A stretch of 64,000 nt of DNA, from positions 1,120,001-1,184,000 of the forward strand of contig CAVVLJ010000016.1 of assembly GCA_963749075.1 (NCBI GenBank). The letters run 5' to 3'. The stretch comes from an uncultured Pseudomonadota bacterium (lineage in GTDB: Bacteria; Pseudomonadota; Alphaproteobacteria; JACZXZ01). Shown in pieces: positions 31,841-41,994 of this stretch. The translations under genes were made by a program, and so were the position numbers. Under the pieces are notes generated by a model. The model was not told the origin of the DNA, searched no databases, and saw only the letters and a list, made by a program, of their open reading frames with translations. Numbering within the stretch: the first letter of the stretch is position 1; the number at the start of each line of letters is the position of its first letter.

Positions 31841-34678
31841 ATGAGCGAGACCGCCGAATTCGAGGAGCGCTATCGCCGTGCCTTCATCGCTTACGTGAAG
31901 GACCAGGGCGGCGAAGCGCGGCACCTCGCCGCCCACGAGCTGGGCAAGGCGGCGATGGAAGAAGGCCGCAGCGTGCTGGACATGCTCTCGCTGCACCACT
32001 CCATCATGCCCTCCTTTCTCTCGCGCGCGCGCAAGGGAAGGGGCTTCGGCGAGCTCGTCGCCAAATCGGAAGCCTTCCTCGCCGAGGTCGCAGCGCCCTT
32101 CGAGACGATCCACCGCGCCTGGCACGACATCGTCGTGCAGTTGCGCCAGGCCAACGAAGTGCTCGAGCTGCAGCTGGCACAGCGCAGCGCAGCCTTGCAC
32201 GAGAGCGAGCAGCGCTTCCGCGACATCGCCGAGGTCTCCGAGGACTGGATCTGGGAAACCGACACCCGGCACCGCTTCAAGAGCGTCATTGGCGAAAGCA
32301 TGAGGCCGACCGGCTACGCGGCGAAAGAGATCGTCGCCCGTACGCGCTGGGCGCTCGCCGGCGGCGATTCCGAACGTGATGAGCATTGGCGGCGGCACAA
32401 GGCCGATCTGGACGCCCATCGTCCCTTTCACGCCTTCCACTACTCGATGACCGACAAGGAGGACCGGCCGCTCCACCTCTCGATCAGCGGCAAACCGGTG
32501 TTCGACGCCGAAGGCGGCTTCCGCGGCTACCGCGGCACCGCGACCAACGAGACCCACATCGTCGAGGCGCTGCGCCGGGCGGAGGCGGCGGAGGCTCTCT
32601 TGCGCGACGCCGTCGAGACCATCTCGGAAGGCTTCGTCATCTTCGACCGCGACGATCGCTTCGTCATGTGCAACGAGGCCTATCGCCGGATGTTCAGCCC
32701 GGTCGCGCATCTCCTCAAGGCGGGCACCCCCTATGAAGCCATCGCTCGCCACTCCATTGAAACTCGCCTCTACGCCGACGCCGCCGATCGCGAGGAGGAA
32801 TGGCTTGCCGAGCGCCTGTCCCAGCATCGCGACGCCACGGCTGCCGTCGAGCGGAGCTTGGCCGACGGGCGGACCATTCTCCTCACGGACCGCCGCATGG
32901 CCAACGGCGGCAACGCCGGGCTGCGCATCGACATCACGGCGCTCAAGCGCGCCGAGGCGGCGCGGCGCGAGAGCGAGGAGCAGCTCCGCGGCATCGCCGA
33001 GAATCTGCCGGGCGCCATCTTCCGGCGCCTGCTCAAGCCGGACGGGACCGCCAGTTATGCCTACGTGAGCGACGGCTTGCGCGACCTCTACGGCGTCGAG
33101 CCGAGCCGCCTGGTGAGCGGCGAAATCCACTTGCGCGATCTCATGCCGCCCGCCGACCGCCTTGTCTATGAGGAGGCCACGCGCCGCTCGATTGCCGGAT
33201 TGACCCCGTTGGAGCTCGAGTTTCGCATCGAGACGAAGAAGGCCGGGATGCGCTGGATAAGGTCGGTGTCGAAGCCTCGGCGCCGCGATGACGGCACGAT
33301 CATCTGGGACGGCGTGGCGCTCGACATCACGGAACTCAAGAAACTGGAGGCCGATCGCGACTACCTCGCCTATTACGACCAGCTCACCAGGCTGCCCAAT
33401 CGCGCGCTTTTCGTCGACCGCCTCGCCCGCACGCTTGAGGGTGCCGAGGGCTCGGGCACCTCCGCGGTCGTCATCGCCGCGGCCCTTGTCTCGCTCAGGG
33501 ACATCCGCGACGGCGCCAGCTTCGCCGCCGGCGACGCGGCCATCGGCGAGACCGCCAGGCGTCTCGCCGCGGTCGTGCAAGGCCGCGGCACGGTCGCGCA
33601 CGTGGGCGAGGGCGACTTCTTCGTCCTCCTCACGGACGTGGCCGAAAACGCGGACCATGCAGCCATCCTCGGCGAGATCGCGCGGCGCTGCGAGTCCTCG
33701 CTCAGGCTGGAAGGACGGGAGTTCAGGCTCAAGCTTTCCATGGGTGTGAGCGTCGCTCCCGCGGACGGCGAGCGGGCGGATACGCTCATCCGCAATGCGA
33801 CCACCGCACTGCACGAGGCGAGGGCGCTTCCCGGCCGCCCCGTCCGGTTCTACAGCGCGCAGATGACGGAGCACGCGGCGGCGCGCCTCGTTGTCGAGGC
33901 CGAATTGCGCCGCGCCATCGAGCGGCAGGAGCTTGTCCTTTTCTATCAGCCGCTGGTCGATGCGCGGACGCTCCGGATCACCGGCTGCGAAGCCCTCATG
34001 CGCTGGCGCCATCCGGAACGCGGCCTCATTCCGCCCGGCAAGTTCATCCCGGTCGCCGAGGAGAGCGGCCTGATCGTACCGCTCGGCGAATTCGCGCTGC
34101 GCTCGGCCTGCGCCCAGGCGCGCGACTGGGAGCGCATGGGCCTCGCGGCCATTCCGGTCTCGGTCAACCTCTCGGGTTGGCAGCTTCTTGCCGACGGTCT
34201 CGCCGAGCGCATCTTGGCGGTGCTCGAAGAGGTCGGCCTTGCGCCCGCACTGCTCAAGCTCGAGCTCACCGAAAGCACCATCCTCCACAACGTGGACGCC
34301 GCCAGGCGCACGATGGAGCGGCTGGCCGAGGCGGGCGTGCGCTTCGCAATCGACGACTTCGGCATCGAGCATTCGGCGCTCAGCCATCTCAGCCGCTTGC
34401 CCATCGAGACGCTCAAGATCGACTACTCCTTCGTCTCGCAGATGACCCACGACACCGCCCATGCCGCCCTCGTCCAGGCCATCATCTCGATGACCCATGC
34501 GATGGGCAAGCTCGCGGTCGCCGAAGGTGTGGAAACCAAGGTGCAGCTCACCTACCTGCAGGCTTATCAGTGCGATACGCTGCAGGGCTTCCTCTTCAGC
34601 CGCGCGGTGCCGCCCGAGCGCTTCCTGCCGCTCCTCCAGCGCCACATCCTCGATCCGGTCGAGGAAGCCGAGACCTGA
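31841..34678 (+). CDS. RsbU_N-like-PAS-PAS-PAS-degenerate GGDEF-EAL c-di-GMP phosphodiesterase
   Basis: DWIWETD PAS, ISEGFVIFD PAS, WDGVALDITE, YYDQLTRLPNR, GEGDF in place of GGDEF, EALMRW, VNLS, LELTES, DDFG, LKID, AEGVET, QG. Confidence 0.9.
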   Translation: MSETAEFEERYRRAFIAYVKDQGGEARHLAAHELGKAAMEEGRSVLDMLSLHHSIMPSFLSRARKGRGFGELVAKSEAFLAEVAAPFETIHRAWHDIVVQLRQANEVLELQLAQRSAALHESEQRFRDIAEVSEDWIWETDTRHRFKSVIGESMRPTGYAAKEIVARTRWALAGGDSERDEHWRRHKADLDAHRPFHAFHYSMTDKEDRPLHLSISGKPVFDAEGGFRGYRGTATNETHIVEALRRAEAAEALLRDAVETISEGFVIFDRDDRFVMCNEAYRRMFSPVAHLLKAGTPYEAIARHSIETRLYADAADREEEWLAERLSQHRDATAAVERSLADGRTILLTDRRMANGGNAGLRIDITALKRAEAARRESEEQLRGIAENLPGAIFRRLLKPDGTASYAYVSDGLRDLYGVEPSRLVSGEIHLRDLMPPADRLVYEEATRRSIAGLTPLELEFRIETKKAGMRWIRSVSKPRRRDDGTIIWDGVALDITELKKLEADRDYLAYYDQLTRLPNRALFVDRLARTLEGAEGSGTSAVVIAAALVSLRDIRDGASFAAGDAAIGETARRLAAVVQGRGTVAHVGEGDFFVLLTDVAENADHAAILGEIARRCESSLRLEGREFRLKLSMGVSVAPADGERADTLIRNATTALHEARALPGRPVRFYSAQMTEHAAARLVVEAELRRAIERQELVLFYQPLVDARTLRITGCEALMRWRHPERGLIPPGKFIPVAEESGLIVPLGEFALRSACAQARDWERMGLAAIPVSVNLSGWQLLADGLAERILAVLEEVGLAPALLKLELTESTILHNVDAARRTMERLAEAGVRFAIDDFGIEHSALSHLSRLPIETLKIDYSFVSQMTHDTAHAALVQAIISMTHAMGKLAVAEGVETKVQLTYLQAYQCDTLQGFLFSRAVPPERFLPLLQRHILDPVEEAET

Positions 34679-34755
34679 AGCGGCGCGCGCTCCGCTCCCG
34701 CGCCGGGCGAGGTCCGCCAACATATTGACGAATCTATGGATTTTCGGCCGCCATT

Positions 34756-37362
34756 GTGGCACTCTGGCGCCGGTCGAAGCATGATTGGCGGGACATGTTC
34801 ATCCACTTGCGCCCGAAAGGTGCGGCACTCGAACGGCAGTTGAGCGAAAGGACCTCCGCCCTCGAAGAGAGCGAGCGGCGGTTCCGCGATTTTGCCGAGA
34901 TGGCGGCGGACTGGCTGTGGGAGACCGATGCGGCGCATCGCTTTACCTTCATCGCAGGGGCGGGCAGCGATGCCGCTGGCATCCGGTCGGAAGACATCAT
35001 TGGCCGCAGGCGCTGGGAACTTGCCGGCGCCGACCCGGAGAGCGACGAGACGTGGCGCCGCCATAAGGGCGATCTCGACGCGCGCCGACCCTTTCGCGGC
35101 TTCCGCTATTCCTTCGTCACGGCGCTCGGCCGCCGCATGCATTTCTCGGTCAGCGGCAAGCCGACCTTCGATGCCGAGGGAACCTTCCTCGGCTACCGCG
35201 GCGCCGTAAGGAACGAGACCGAGGCCGTCGAAGCGCTCGCGCGCGTGGCGGAAGCCGATGCCTTTCTCAGCGACGCCATCGAGAACATGACGGACGGCTT
35301 CGTGATCTACGACCGCGAGGATCGTTTCGTCATGTGCAATGCGGCCCATCGGCGCTTTTATCCCGAGCTTGCCGAGGTGATGGTCCCCGGCGCGTCGTTC
35401 GAGGAAGTCCACCGCCGCGGGCTGCAATTGGGCATTTATGCGGCGGCGGGCGGCCGCGAGGACGAATGGCTGGCCGAGCGGCTCGAGCAGCATCGCAATC
35501 CGAAGGGGCCGATCGAGCAGCGCTTGAAGAGCGGCGCCGTCATCGTCATATCCGAGCGGCGCATGAGCGACGGCGGCATCCTCGGCGTGCGCATGGACGT
35601 GAGCGCCCTCAAGAAGGCGGAGGAGGCGCGGCGCGAGGAGGAGGAGCGGCTCCTCAGCATCGCGGACAATCTGCCGGGCGCCATATTCCGGCGCCTTCTC
35701 AAGACGGACGGCACGTTCTCTTACCTCTATATCAGCCCGCGCATGCACGAGCTTTACGGCATCGATCAGGACGCCCTCGTTCGGGGGGACGGGGACCCGC
35801 TTCGACACCTCCACCCCGACGACCGCGAGATGTACCGGGCGGCACTTGCACGTTCGGCGAGCGAGCTCACGCCGATGGTGGTCGAGTTGCGCCTCCTGAC
35901 GCCGGACGGGCAGACGCGCTGGCTGCGCAGCTCGTCGCGGCCGCGCAAGCTCGAGAACGGGGACATCCAGTGGGACGGCATCACGCTGGACATCACCGAT
36001 CTGAAGGCCGCGGAGGCGCACCGCGACCGCCTCGCCTATTACGATCAGTTGACCGGCCTGCCCAATCAGGACCTCTTCGCGGACCGCCTCGCCCAAGCCC
36101 TGACCCAGGCGGCCCGCTCGCGGGACAGCGTTGCCGTGCTGTGCATCGAGCTGGCCTCGCTCAAGGACGTGCGGGCAAGCCAGGGGATGGCGGCGGGCGA
36201 CCAGGCGGTGCGCGAAGCGGGACGGCGGATCCAGACGGCGCTGCGCTCCGGCGATTCGGTCGCCTATGCCGGCGGCGGCCAGTTCCTGACGCTCCTCATG
36301 GGTCTGCGCAAGCGCGAGGATGGACGCATCCCCGTTGCCAAGATCATCGGCGCATTCGAGGAGAAATACGAGATTGGCGGCGTCGAGGTCCCGCTCAAGG
36401 TCTCGCTCGGGATCAGCCTCGGTCCGGGCGACGGCGACGCGGCCGAGGCGCTCATCCGCAACGCCACGACCGCCCTCAACATGGCGCGGACCAATCCGAG
36501 CCAGCCGTATCAGTTCTACGACGTGCGCATGACGAAGACCGCCGTGGCGCGGCTCAGCGTCGAGGCCGAGCTGCGCCATGCCGTCGAGCGGCAGGAGTTC
36601 GTCATCTTCTACCAGCCGGTCGTCGAGGCGCGAAGCTTCCGCATCGTCGGCGCCGAGGCGCTCGTCCGCTGGCGCCAGGCGGACGGCACGTTGGCGCCGG
36701 TCGGCGAGTTCATGTCGATCGCCGAAGAGAGCGGCCTTGCCGTGCCGATCGGCGAGTTGGTGCTGGCCGCGGCCTGCGGCCAGGCGCGGGCCTGGCGCGA
36801 CGCGGATGCGGCAAATATCGGCCTCAGCGTCTCGCTCAACGTGTCGGGCGCGCAGCTCGTGGACCCGGGCTTCGCCGCGAGCGTGCTTGGCATCCTCGAG
36901 CGTACGGGCTTGCCGCCGAGCGGCCTCAAGCTCGAGCTCGCCGAGAGCACCTTCGCGCGCAAGGCCGCGTCCGCCGCGCGCGCCATGGAGCAGCTCGCCG
37001 AGGCGGGCGTTCAATTCGCGGTCGACGACTTCGGCGTCGAGTACTCGGTGCTCAGCCATTTGGCGCATCTGCCCATCGATACGCTCAAGATCGCGCAGCC
37101 CTTCATCGCGCGCATGACGACCGACCGGGCGCACGGCGCCTTGGTCCAGGCCGTCATCTCCATGGCGCACGCGATCGGCAAGAATACCGTGGCCGAGGGT
37201 GTCGAGACCCAGGAGCAGCTCACCTATCTGCAGGCGTTCCAGTGCAATGCGCTGCAGGGCTCCCTCTTCAGCGAGCCCGTGCCGGCGGAGAACCTCTTGC
37301 CGCTGCTGCGGCAGGGCGCGTTGCGGCCGCCGCCGACGAAGCATCAATCGGCGGGATCGTAG
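34756..37362 (+). CDS. PAS-PAS-PAS-degenerate GGDEF-EAL protein, tandem paralogue; start uncertain (34756 GTG or 34795 ATG)
   Basis: Colinear with the upstream gene; GGGQF in place of GGDEF, EALVRW, LNVS, LELAES, DDFG, LKIA, AEGVET, QG. Confidence 0.9.
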   Translation: MALWRRSKHDWRDMFIHLRPKGAALERQLSERTSALEESERRFRDFAEMAADWLWETDAAHRFTFIAGAGSDAAGIRSEDIIGRRRWELAGADPESDETWRRHKGDLDARRPFRGFRYSFVTALGRRMHFSVSGKPTFDAEGTFLGYRGAVRNETEAVEALARVAEADAFLSDAIENMTDGFVIYDREDRFVMCNAAHRRFYPELAEVMVPGASFEEVHRRGLQLGIYAAAGGREDEWLAERLEQHRNPKGPIEQRLKSGAVIVISERRMSDGGILGVRMDVSALKKAEEARREEEERLLSIADNLPGAIFRRLLKTDGTFSYLYISPRMHELYGIDQDALVRGDGDPLRHLHPDDREMYRAALARSASELTPMVVELRLLTPDGQTRWLRSSSRPRKLENGDIQWDGITLDITDLKAAEAHRDRLAYYDQLTGLPNQDLFADRLAQALTQAARSRDSVAVLCIELASLKDVRASQGMAAGDQAVREAGRRIQTALRSGDSVAYAGGGQFLTLLMGLRKREDGRIPVAKIIGAFEEKYEIGGVEVPLKVSLGISLGPGDGDAAEALIRNATTALNMARTNPSQPYQFYDVRMTKTAVARLSVEAELRHAVERQEFVIFYQPVVEARSFRIVGAEALVRWRQADGTLAPVGEFMSIAEESGLAVPIGELVLAAACGQARAWRDADAANIGLSVSLNVSGAQLVDPGFAASVLGILERTGLPPSGLKLELAESTFARKAASAARAMEQLAEAGVQFAVDDFGVEYSVLSHLAHLPIDTLKIAQPFIARMTTDRAHGALVQAVISMAHAIGKNTVAEGVETQEQLTYLQAFQCNALQGSLFSEPVPAENLLPLLRQGALRPPPTKHQSAGS

Positions 37363-37429
37363 ACCGGCGGGAGAGCCGCCCGCCCGCACAAGATGCCGTT
37401 CCGCGATCGGAGGCGCCTGAGGAGCGGGA

Positions 37430-37927
37430 TCAGCCGCCGCAGGCCTGCGCCAGGAGCAGCTCGAGCGCCAGGAGGACGGAGGCCGCGCGCACGGCGCCGC
37501 GGTCGCCGGGAAAGACGCGGCGCTCGCAGAGGGTTGTGCCGCCGCGCCGCGCCGCCGCGATGTAGACGAGGCCAACCGGCTTCAGAGCCGTGCCGCCGCC
37601 CGGCCCGGCGACGCCGGTGACCGAGACGCCGAGATCGGCAGCCGGCGCGCGCGACAGGGCGCCCTCGGCCATGGCACGCGCCACGGGCTCGCTCACGGCG
37701 CCCTGCGCCGCGATGAGCGAGGGCGGCACGCCGAGGAGCGCCACCTTGGCCTCGTTCGAGTAGGCGACGAGCCCGCACTCGACGACGTCCGAGCTGCCGG
37801 CGATCTCCGTCAAGGCCGCGGCGACCAAGCCGCCCGTGCACAATTCGGCCGTCGCCACGCGCAGCCCCCGCGCGCGGCAGGCATCGAGCACCGCTCGAGC
37901 GCGTTCGCGCGTTTGCTCAGGAACCAC
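37430..37927 (-). CDS. cinA: CinA C-terminal / NMN deamidase PncC-family protein
   Basis: ATAE(L)CTGG, IAGSS, YSNEAK, GAVSE.VA.AMA.G, SVTGVAGPGG...KPVGLV. Confidence 0.9.
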   Translation of the reverse strand: MVPEQTRERARAVLDACRARGLRVATAELCTGGLVAAALTEIAGSSDVVECGLVAYSNEAKVALLGVPPSLIAAQGAVSEPVARAMAEGALSRAPAADLGVSVTGVAGPGGGTALKPVGLVYIAAARRGGTTLCERRVFPGDRGAVRAASVLLALELLLAQACGG

Positions 37928-38444
37928 CGGCGAGCCGTCCTACGAAGGCGATCGCCTGGGAGACGAACACCACGGCGATGAAGACCACGAGCGCATAGAG
38001 CGCTGCCACGGTGTCGTCCGCCATCACGGCGAAGGCGCCGTCGCGCCGATCGAGGAGATTGACGGGCCACGGCTTGAAGATGTCGAAGATGCGAAAGAGG
38101 ACGAAGCCGAGCGGCCAATGCCACCACACGTGGGGATCGGCGAAGACGAGGGCTAGCCACTGCCCCGAGACCTCGTCGATGACCGTCTCCTGCGGGTCCT
38201 TGGCGCGCGCGTAGCGCATGTAATGGGCGGTCGCCCACCAGCCGATGAGGAAGGCGAGGAGGGCCGCGGCGCCGAGGAGGCGGGGGCTGCCCAGCGCCAG
38301 CATCGCCCAGGCGAAGGGAAGGGCGGCGAGCGAGCCCCAGGTGCCGGGTGCCAGCGGCAGAAGGCCGGTGCCGAACCAGGTCGAGACGAGCGTCGCGGGA
38401 TGGCGCAAGGGGAGGGCGGGGCGCAGGAGGGAGAAGCTGCGCAC
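37917..38444 (-). CDS. pgpA: phosphatidylglycerophosphatase A
   Basis: TWFGTGL.P.APGTWGS, DP.ETVIDEV.GQ, FRIFDIFKPWP, VMADD.VA (C-terminal part of ORF 37917-39383; GTG 38444). Confidence 0.9.
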   Translation of the reverse strand: MRSFSLLRPALPLRHPATLVSTWFGTGLLPLAPGTWGSLAALPFAWAMLALGSPRLLGAAALLAFLIGWWATAHYMRYARAKDPQETVIDEVSGQWLALVFADPHVWWHWPLGFVLFRIFDIFKPWPVNLLDRRDGAFAVMADDTVAALYALVVFIAVVFVSQAIAFVGRLAGGS

Positions 38445-38446
38445 GC

Positions 38447-39604
38447 TCAGGCCTCGAGCGGCAGGCGCACGGTCGCGACGGCCTGCGCCGAGATGCCCTC
38501 GCCGCGGCCGGCGAAGCCGAGCGTATCGGTGGTCGTCGCCTTGACGCTCACGCGCTCCGCGGCGATGCCGAGGATGCCGGCCACGCGGGCCGCCATCGCC
38601 GCACGGTGCGGCCCGACCTTCGGGCGCTCGCAGATGATCGTCACGTCGACGTTGACGATCGAGCCCCCGCGCGCGGCGACCAGTGCGGCCGCGTGACGGA
38701 GGAAGCGCTCCGACGCGACGCCCTTCCAGCGCGGGTCCGACGGCGGGAAATGGCTGCCGATGTCGCCGGCGCCGATGGTGCCGAGAAGGGCGTCGGTGAG
38801 GGCATGGAGGCCCACGTCGGCATCGGAGTGTCCGACGGCGCCGCGGTCGTGGGGGACCGCGAGGCCGCACAGCATGACGCTTTGGCCGGGCCCGAAGCGG
38901 TGCACATCGAAGCCGGTGCCGACGCGCTGCTCCGAGGCGCCCGCAAGGATGCGCTCGGCGCGGCGGAAGTCGGCTTCCGTCGTCACCTTGAAATTCTCCT
39001 CCCCGGCGGCAACGAGGGCGACCGGCAGCCCGGCGCGCTCCGCCACTGCCGCATCGTCGGTGAGGGCCTCGCCCGCCGCCGCGCGGTGGGCGGCGAGGAT
39101 GGCCGCGAAGCGGAAGCCTTGCGGAGTCTGGGCGCACCACAGGCCGGCGCGCTCGAGCGTGCCGGCGCTCAGCCCCTCGTTCGCGCGCTTGAGCGTGTCG
39201 GTCACGGGGATCGCGGCGATCGCCGCCGGCACCTCGTCGAGCGCTGCGATGACGCGGCCGATGGTGGCCTGATCGATGAAGGGGCGCGCCGCGTCGTGGA
39301 TGAGCACGCGCTCCGGCGCCAGCTCGACCAGGCTCTCGAGGCCAAGGCGCGCCGAGTCCTGCCGCTGGGGTCCGCCCGCGCACGGTGCCAGCAGCGAGAG
39401 CCCGCCGACCGCCGCGTCATAGAGCGCGCGGTCGCCGGGATGAATGACCACGCGCACCGCGGCAACGCCCGGATGGCGAAGAAAGGCTTCGAGCGAATGG
39501 CGGATGAGGGCGCTGCCGCCAAGCGCACGGTACTGCTTCGGCACCTCGCCGCCCATTCGCGAGCCGCGTCCTCCGGCCACCACGAGTGCAATGCAGTCCG
39601 CCAT
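38447..39604 (-). CDS. ispDF: bifunctional IspD/IspF
   Basis: VAGGRGSRMG..PKQY, RQDS, LIHDAARPF, AQTPQGF, TDD; GTGFDVHRF, GHSDADV.LHALTDALLG, GDIG.HFPP, VSVKATT. Confidence 0.96.
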   Translation of the reverse strand: MADCIALVVAGGRGSRMGGEVPKQYRALGGSALIRHSLEAFLRHPGVAAVRVVIHPGDRALYDAAVGGLSLLAPCAGGPQRQDSARLGLESLVELAPERVLIHDAARPFIDQATIGRVIAALDEVPAAIAAIPVTDTLKRANEGLSAGTLERAGLWCAQTPQGFRFAAILAAHRAAAGEALTDDAAVAERAGLPVALVAAGEENFKVTTEADFRRAERILAGASEQRVGTGFDVHRFGPGQSVMLCGLAVPHDRGAVGHSDADVGLHALTDALLGTIGAGDIGSHFPPSDPRWKGVASERFLRHAAALVAARGGSIVNVDVTIICERPKVGPHRAAMAARVAGILGIAAERVSVKATTTDTLGFAGRGEGISAQAVATVRLPLEA

Positions 39605-39759
39605 TCGTCCCGCCCATCCGCCCGCTCGCCGCGGCGCCGGCCACCCTATCGCGGGCCATTGCCGCTTGCCAAGTCCGGGCACGCCATTCCGCGGCCCGTG
39701 CCGGGCGTCCCTCTGCGGTGGCTCTGCCTGCGGGCGCGAAGGATGCTATATAAGGGCCC

Positions 39760-40557
39760 ATGGCGAACCACCTCCTGCTCAGCCTCGCAGCGCTTGCGGC
39801 ACTGGTGCCGGCCGCGGTGGTCACGGCGCGCGGCACCGCACGGCGCGACGGCCGCTTCTGGCTCCTGCTCGCGGTCGCCTTTGCCGGAGCGCTCGCGCGC
39901 GCGACGACGGCATTGGCGCCGGCCTGGAACACCAGCCTCTCGGGCGCCCTGTGGATCACCATTGCCGCCAGCGTGGCACTCTTCATCCTGCTCTGCGCCT
40001 TGACGGCGGATGCCTGGCGGCTGACGCCGCTCCTCTTTCCCTACCTCATCCTGCTCGGCGCCTTGGCGGCGGTGTATCAGCAGGCGCCGGAGCGCCCGCT
40101 CATCCCGGCGCCCGCCGTGTGGCTCGACCTGCACATCCTGGTCTCGGTCGCGACTTACGGCTTGCTCACCATCGCGGCGGTTGCCGGCTTCGCCGTCCTC
40201 ATCCAGGAGCGCGCGCTCAAGAGCAAGCGGCGGGGCGGGCTCAATCAACGGCTCCCTGCCGTGGCCGCCTGCGAGAGGCTGCAGGTCCTGCTGCTCGCGG
40301 CCTCCGAGGTCGTGCTCGGCTGCGGTCTCCTGACCGGCATGGCGACGCAATATTTCGTCTCGGGCACTCTGCTTGCCCTGGACCACAAGACGCTCTTCTC
40401 CCTCCTCGCTTTCGCGGTGATCGGCGTGCTGCTTGCCGTCCAGTGGCGGAGCGGCGTCGGCGGGCGGCGCGCGGCCCGCTTCGTGCTGCTTGCCTATCTC
40501 CTCGTGACCCTCGCCTATCCCGGCGTCAAATTCGTTACCGATGTGCTGCTCGCCTGA
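39760..40557 (+). CDS. CcsA/YpjD-like cytochrome c assembly family membrane protein
   Basis: Multiple TM helices; LHILVSVATYGL, QERALK, LP.V...E, LLTG, DHKTLFSL, LAYPGVKFV. Confidence 0.8.
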   Translation: MANHLLLSLAALAALVPAAVVTARGTARRDGRFWLLLAVAFAGALARATTALAPAWNTSLSGALWITIAASVALFILLCALTADAWRLTPLLFPYLILLGALAAVYQQAPERPLIPAPAVWLDLHILVSVATYGLLTIAAVAGFAVLIQERALKSKRRGGLNQRLPAVAACERLQVLLLAASEVVLGCGLLTGMATQYFVSGTLLALDHKTLFSLLAFAVIGVLLAVQWRSGVGGRRAARFVLLAYLLVTLAYPGVKFVTDVLLA

Positions 40558-40748
40558 AGCCCTTGCGCGGCTCTGCACAAGGTTCCACTATGACTTTATA
40601 TATGACATGTAACATATTGATATAAAATTTATTTGTTCGGCGGCGCGTTTTGGAATATGGACTGGGGGATTGCCTCGTCGAAATCACCGCGCGGCATGTT
40701 CCTTCCCACTTATTTCGCACTTGCGTAACAATACAAACGCCGCCATGA

Positions 40749-40793
40749 TGCCTAATAAATCGCCAGCCCGCGTTCGCGTCTAATTATTGAGCA
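40749..40793. promoter_or_regulatory. two imperfect 17-bp boxes upstream of ntrB, possible NtrC autoregulatory sites
   Basis: TGCCTAATAAATCGCCA (40749-40765) and CGTCTAATTATTGAGCA (40777-40793) resemble TGC-N11-GCA with AT-rich centres; each has only one good half-site. Confidence 0.3.
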
Positions 40794-40809
40794 GAAATAG
40801 AGGCGAGAG

Positions 40810-41994
40810 TTGCCCGGAAATTCGAAGCCTTCGCGGCCCTGGCACCCTGGTCCGTTGACGCGCGCCGCCCAGAAGGATGCGCGCGGCGCCGCGGAGGTAG
40901 ACGCGGCTACCGTACTCGGCGGCCTGCCCGACGTGGTTCTCGTCATCGGCCCGAAGGACGACATCCGTTTCGTCAACATGGCGGGCGAGGACTTCTTCGA
41001 CGCCAGCGCCTTCTGGCTCGCCGGCCGTCCGCTTGCCGATCTGCTGCCCGCCGACAGCCCGCTCTTCGCCCTCATAGCGCAGGTGCGGGCCGGGCTCTCC
41101 AGCGTCTCGGAATACGGCGTCATCCTTCACACCCCGCGCATCGGCGAGCATTTCGTGACGGCTCAGGTGGCGCCGCTGCCGGAGCAGCCGCTATCCGTCA
41201 TCGTCTCGCTGCACGAGCAATCGATCGCGCGCAAGATCGACCACCAGCTCACCCACCGCAACGCGGCGCGCTCGGTGACCGCGATGGCCTCGCTCCTGGC
41301 GCACGAGGTGAAGAACCCGCTCTCCGGCATCCGCGGCGCGGCACAGCTCCTCGAGCAGTCGGCCACCGCCGAGGACCGCGAGCTCACGCGCCTCATCTGC
41401 GACGAGACCGACCGCATCTGCGCCCTCATCGACCGCATGGAGGAATTCTCGGACGGGCGGCCGATCGAGAAGGGGCCGGTCAACATCCACGCGGTGCTCG
41501 AGCATGTGCGCAAGGTGGCGCAGAACGGCTTCGCCCGCCACGTGCGCTTCGTCGAGTCCTACGATCCCTCGCTGCCGGCGGTCGAGGGCAACCGCGATCT
41601 CCTCGTGCAGCTCTTCCTCAACCTGGTCAAGAACGCCGCCGAGGCGACACCCGACCAGGGTGGCGAGATCGTCCTCGCGAGCGCCTATCAGCACGGCGTG
41701 CGCCTCGCGGTCGCGGGCAGCGAGAGCCGCCTTGAGCTCCCGCTCGTGGTCAGCGTGCAGGACAACGGCGACGGCATTCCCGAGGACCTGCGCTCGCATC
41801 TCTTCGATCCCTTCGTCACGACCAAGAACAACGGCAGCGGCCTGGGCCTGGCGCTGGTCGCCAAAATCGTCGGCGACCACGGCGGCATCATCGAGTTCGA
41901 CAGCGAGCCGCGGCGCACCGTCTTCAAGGTCATGCTGCCCATCCATCGCCCGGCCGGCGCCGCAAGCGAGGCCGGCCAAGGAGACGAGCCGTGA
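40810..41994 (+). CDS. ntrB: nitrogen regulation sensor histidine kinase NtrB (start uncertain)
   Basis: PAS; [43 protein letters not shown]. Confidence 0.95.
   Translation: MPGNSKPSRPWHPGPLTRAAQKDARGAAEVDAATVLGGLPDVVLVIGPKDDIRFVNMAGEDFFDASAFWLAGRPLADLLPADSPLFALIAQVRAGLSSVSEYGVILHTPRIGEHFVTAQVAPLPEQPLSVIVSLHEQSIARKIDHQLTHRNAARSVTAMASLLAHEVKNPLSGIRGAAQLLEQSATAEDRELTRLICDETDRICALIDRMEEFSDGRPIEKGPVNIHAVLEHVRKVAQNGFARHVRFVESYDPSLPAVEGNRDLLVQLFLNLVKNAAEATPDQGGEIVLASAYQHGVRLAVAGSESRLELPLVVSVQDNGDGIPEDLRSHLFDPFVTTKNNGSGLGLALVAKIVGDHGGIIEFDSEPRRTVFKVMLPIHRPAGAASEAGQGDEP

Noticed and set aside
37835-37855. CinA motif reads TAELCTGG instead of TAESCTGG
   Set aside because: A single-base difference in a window with other probable sequencing errors; cannot be interpreted without reads.
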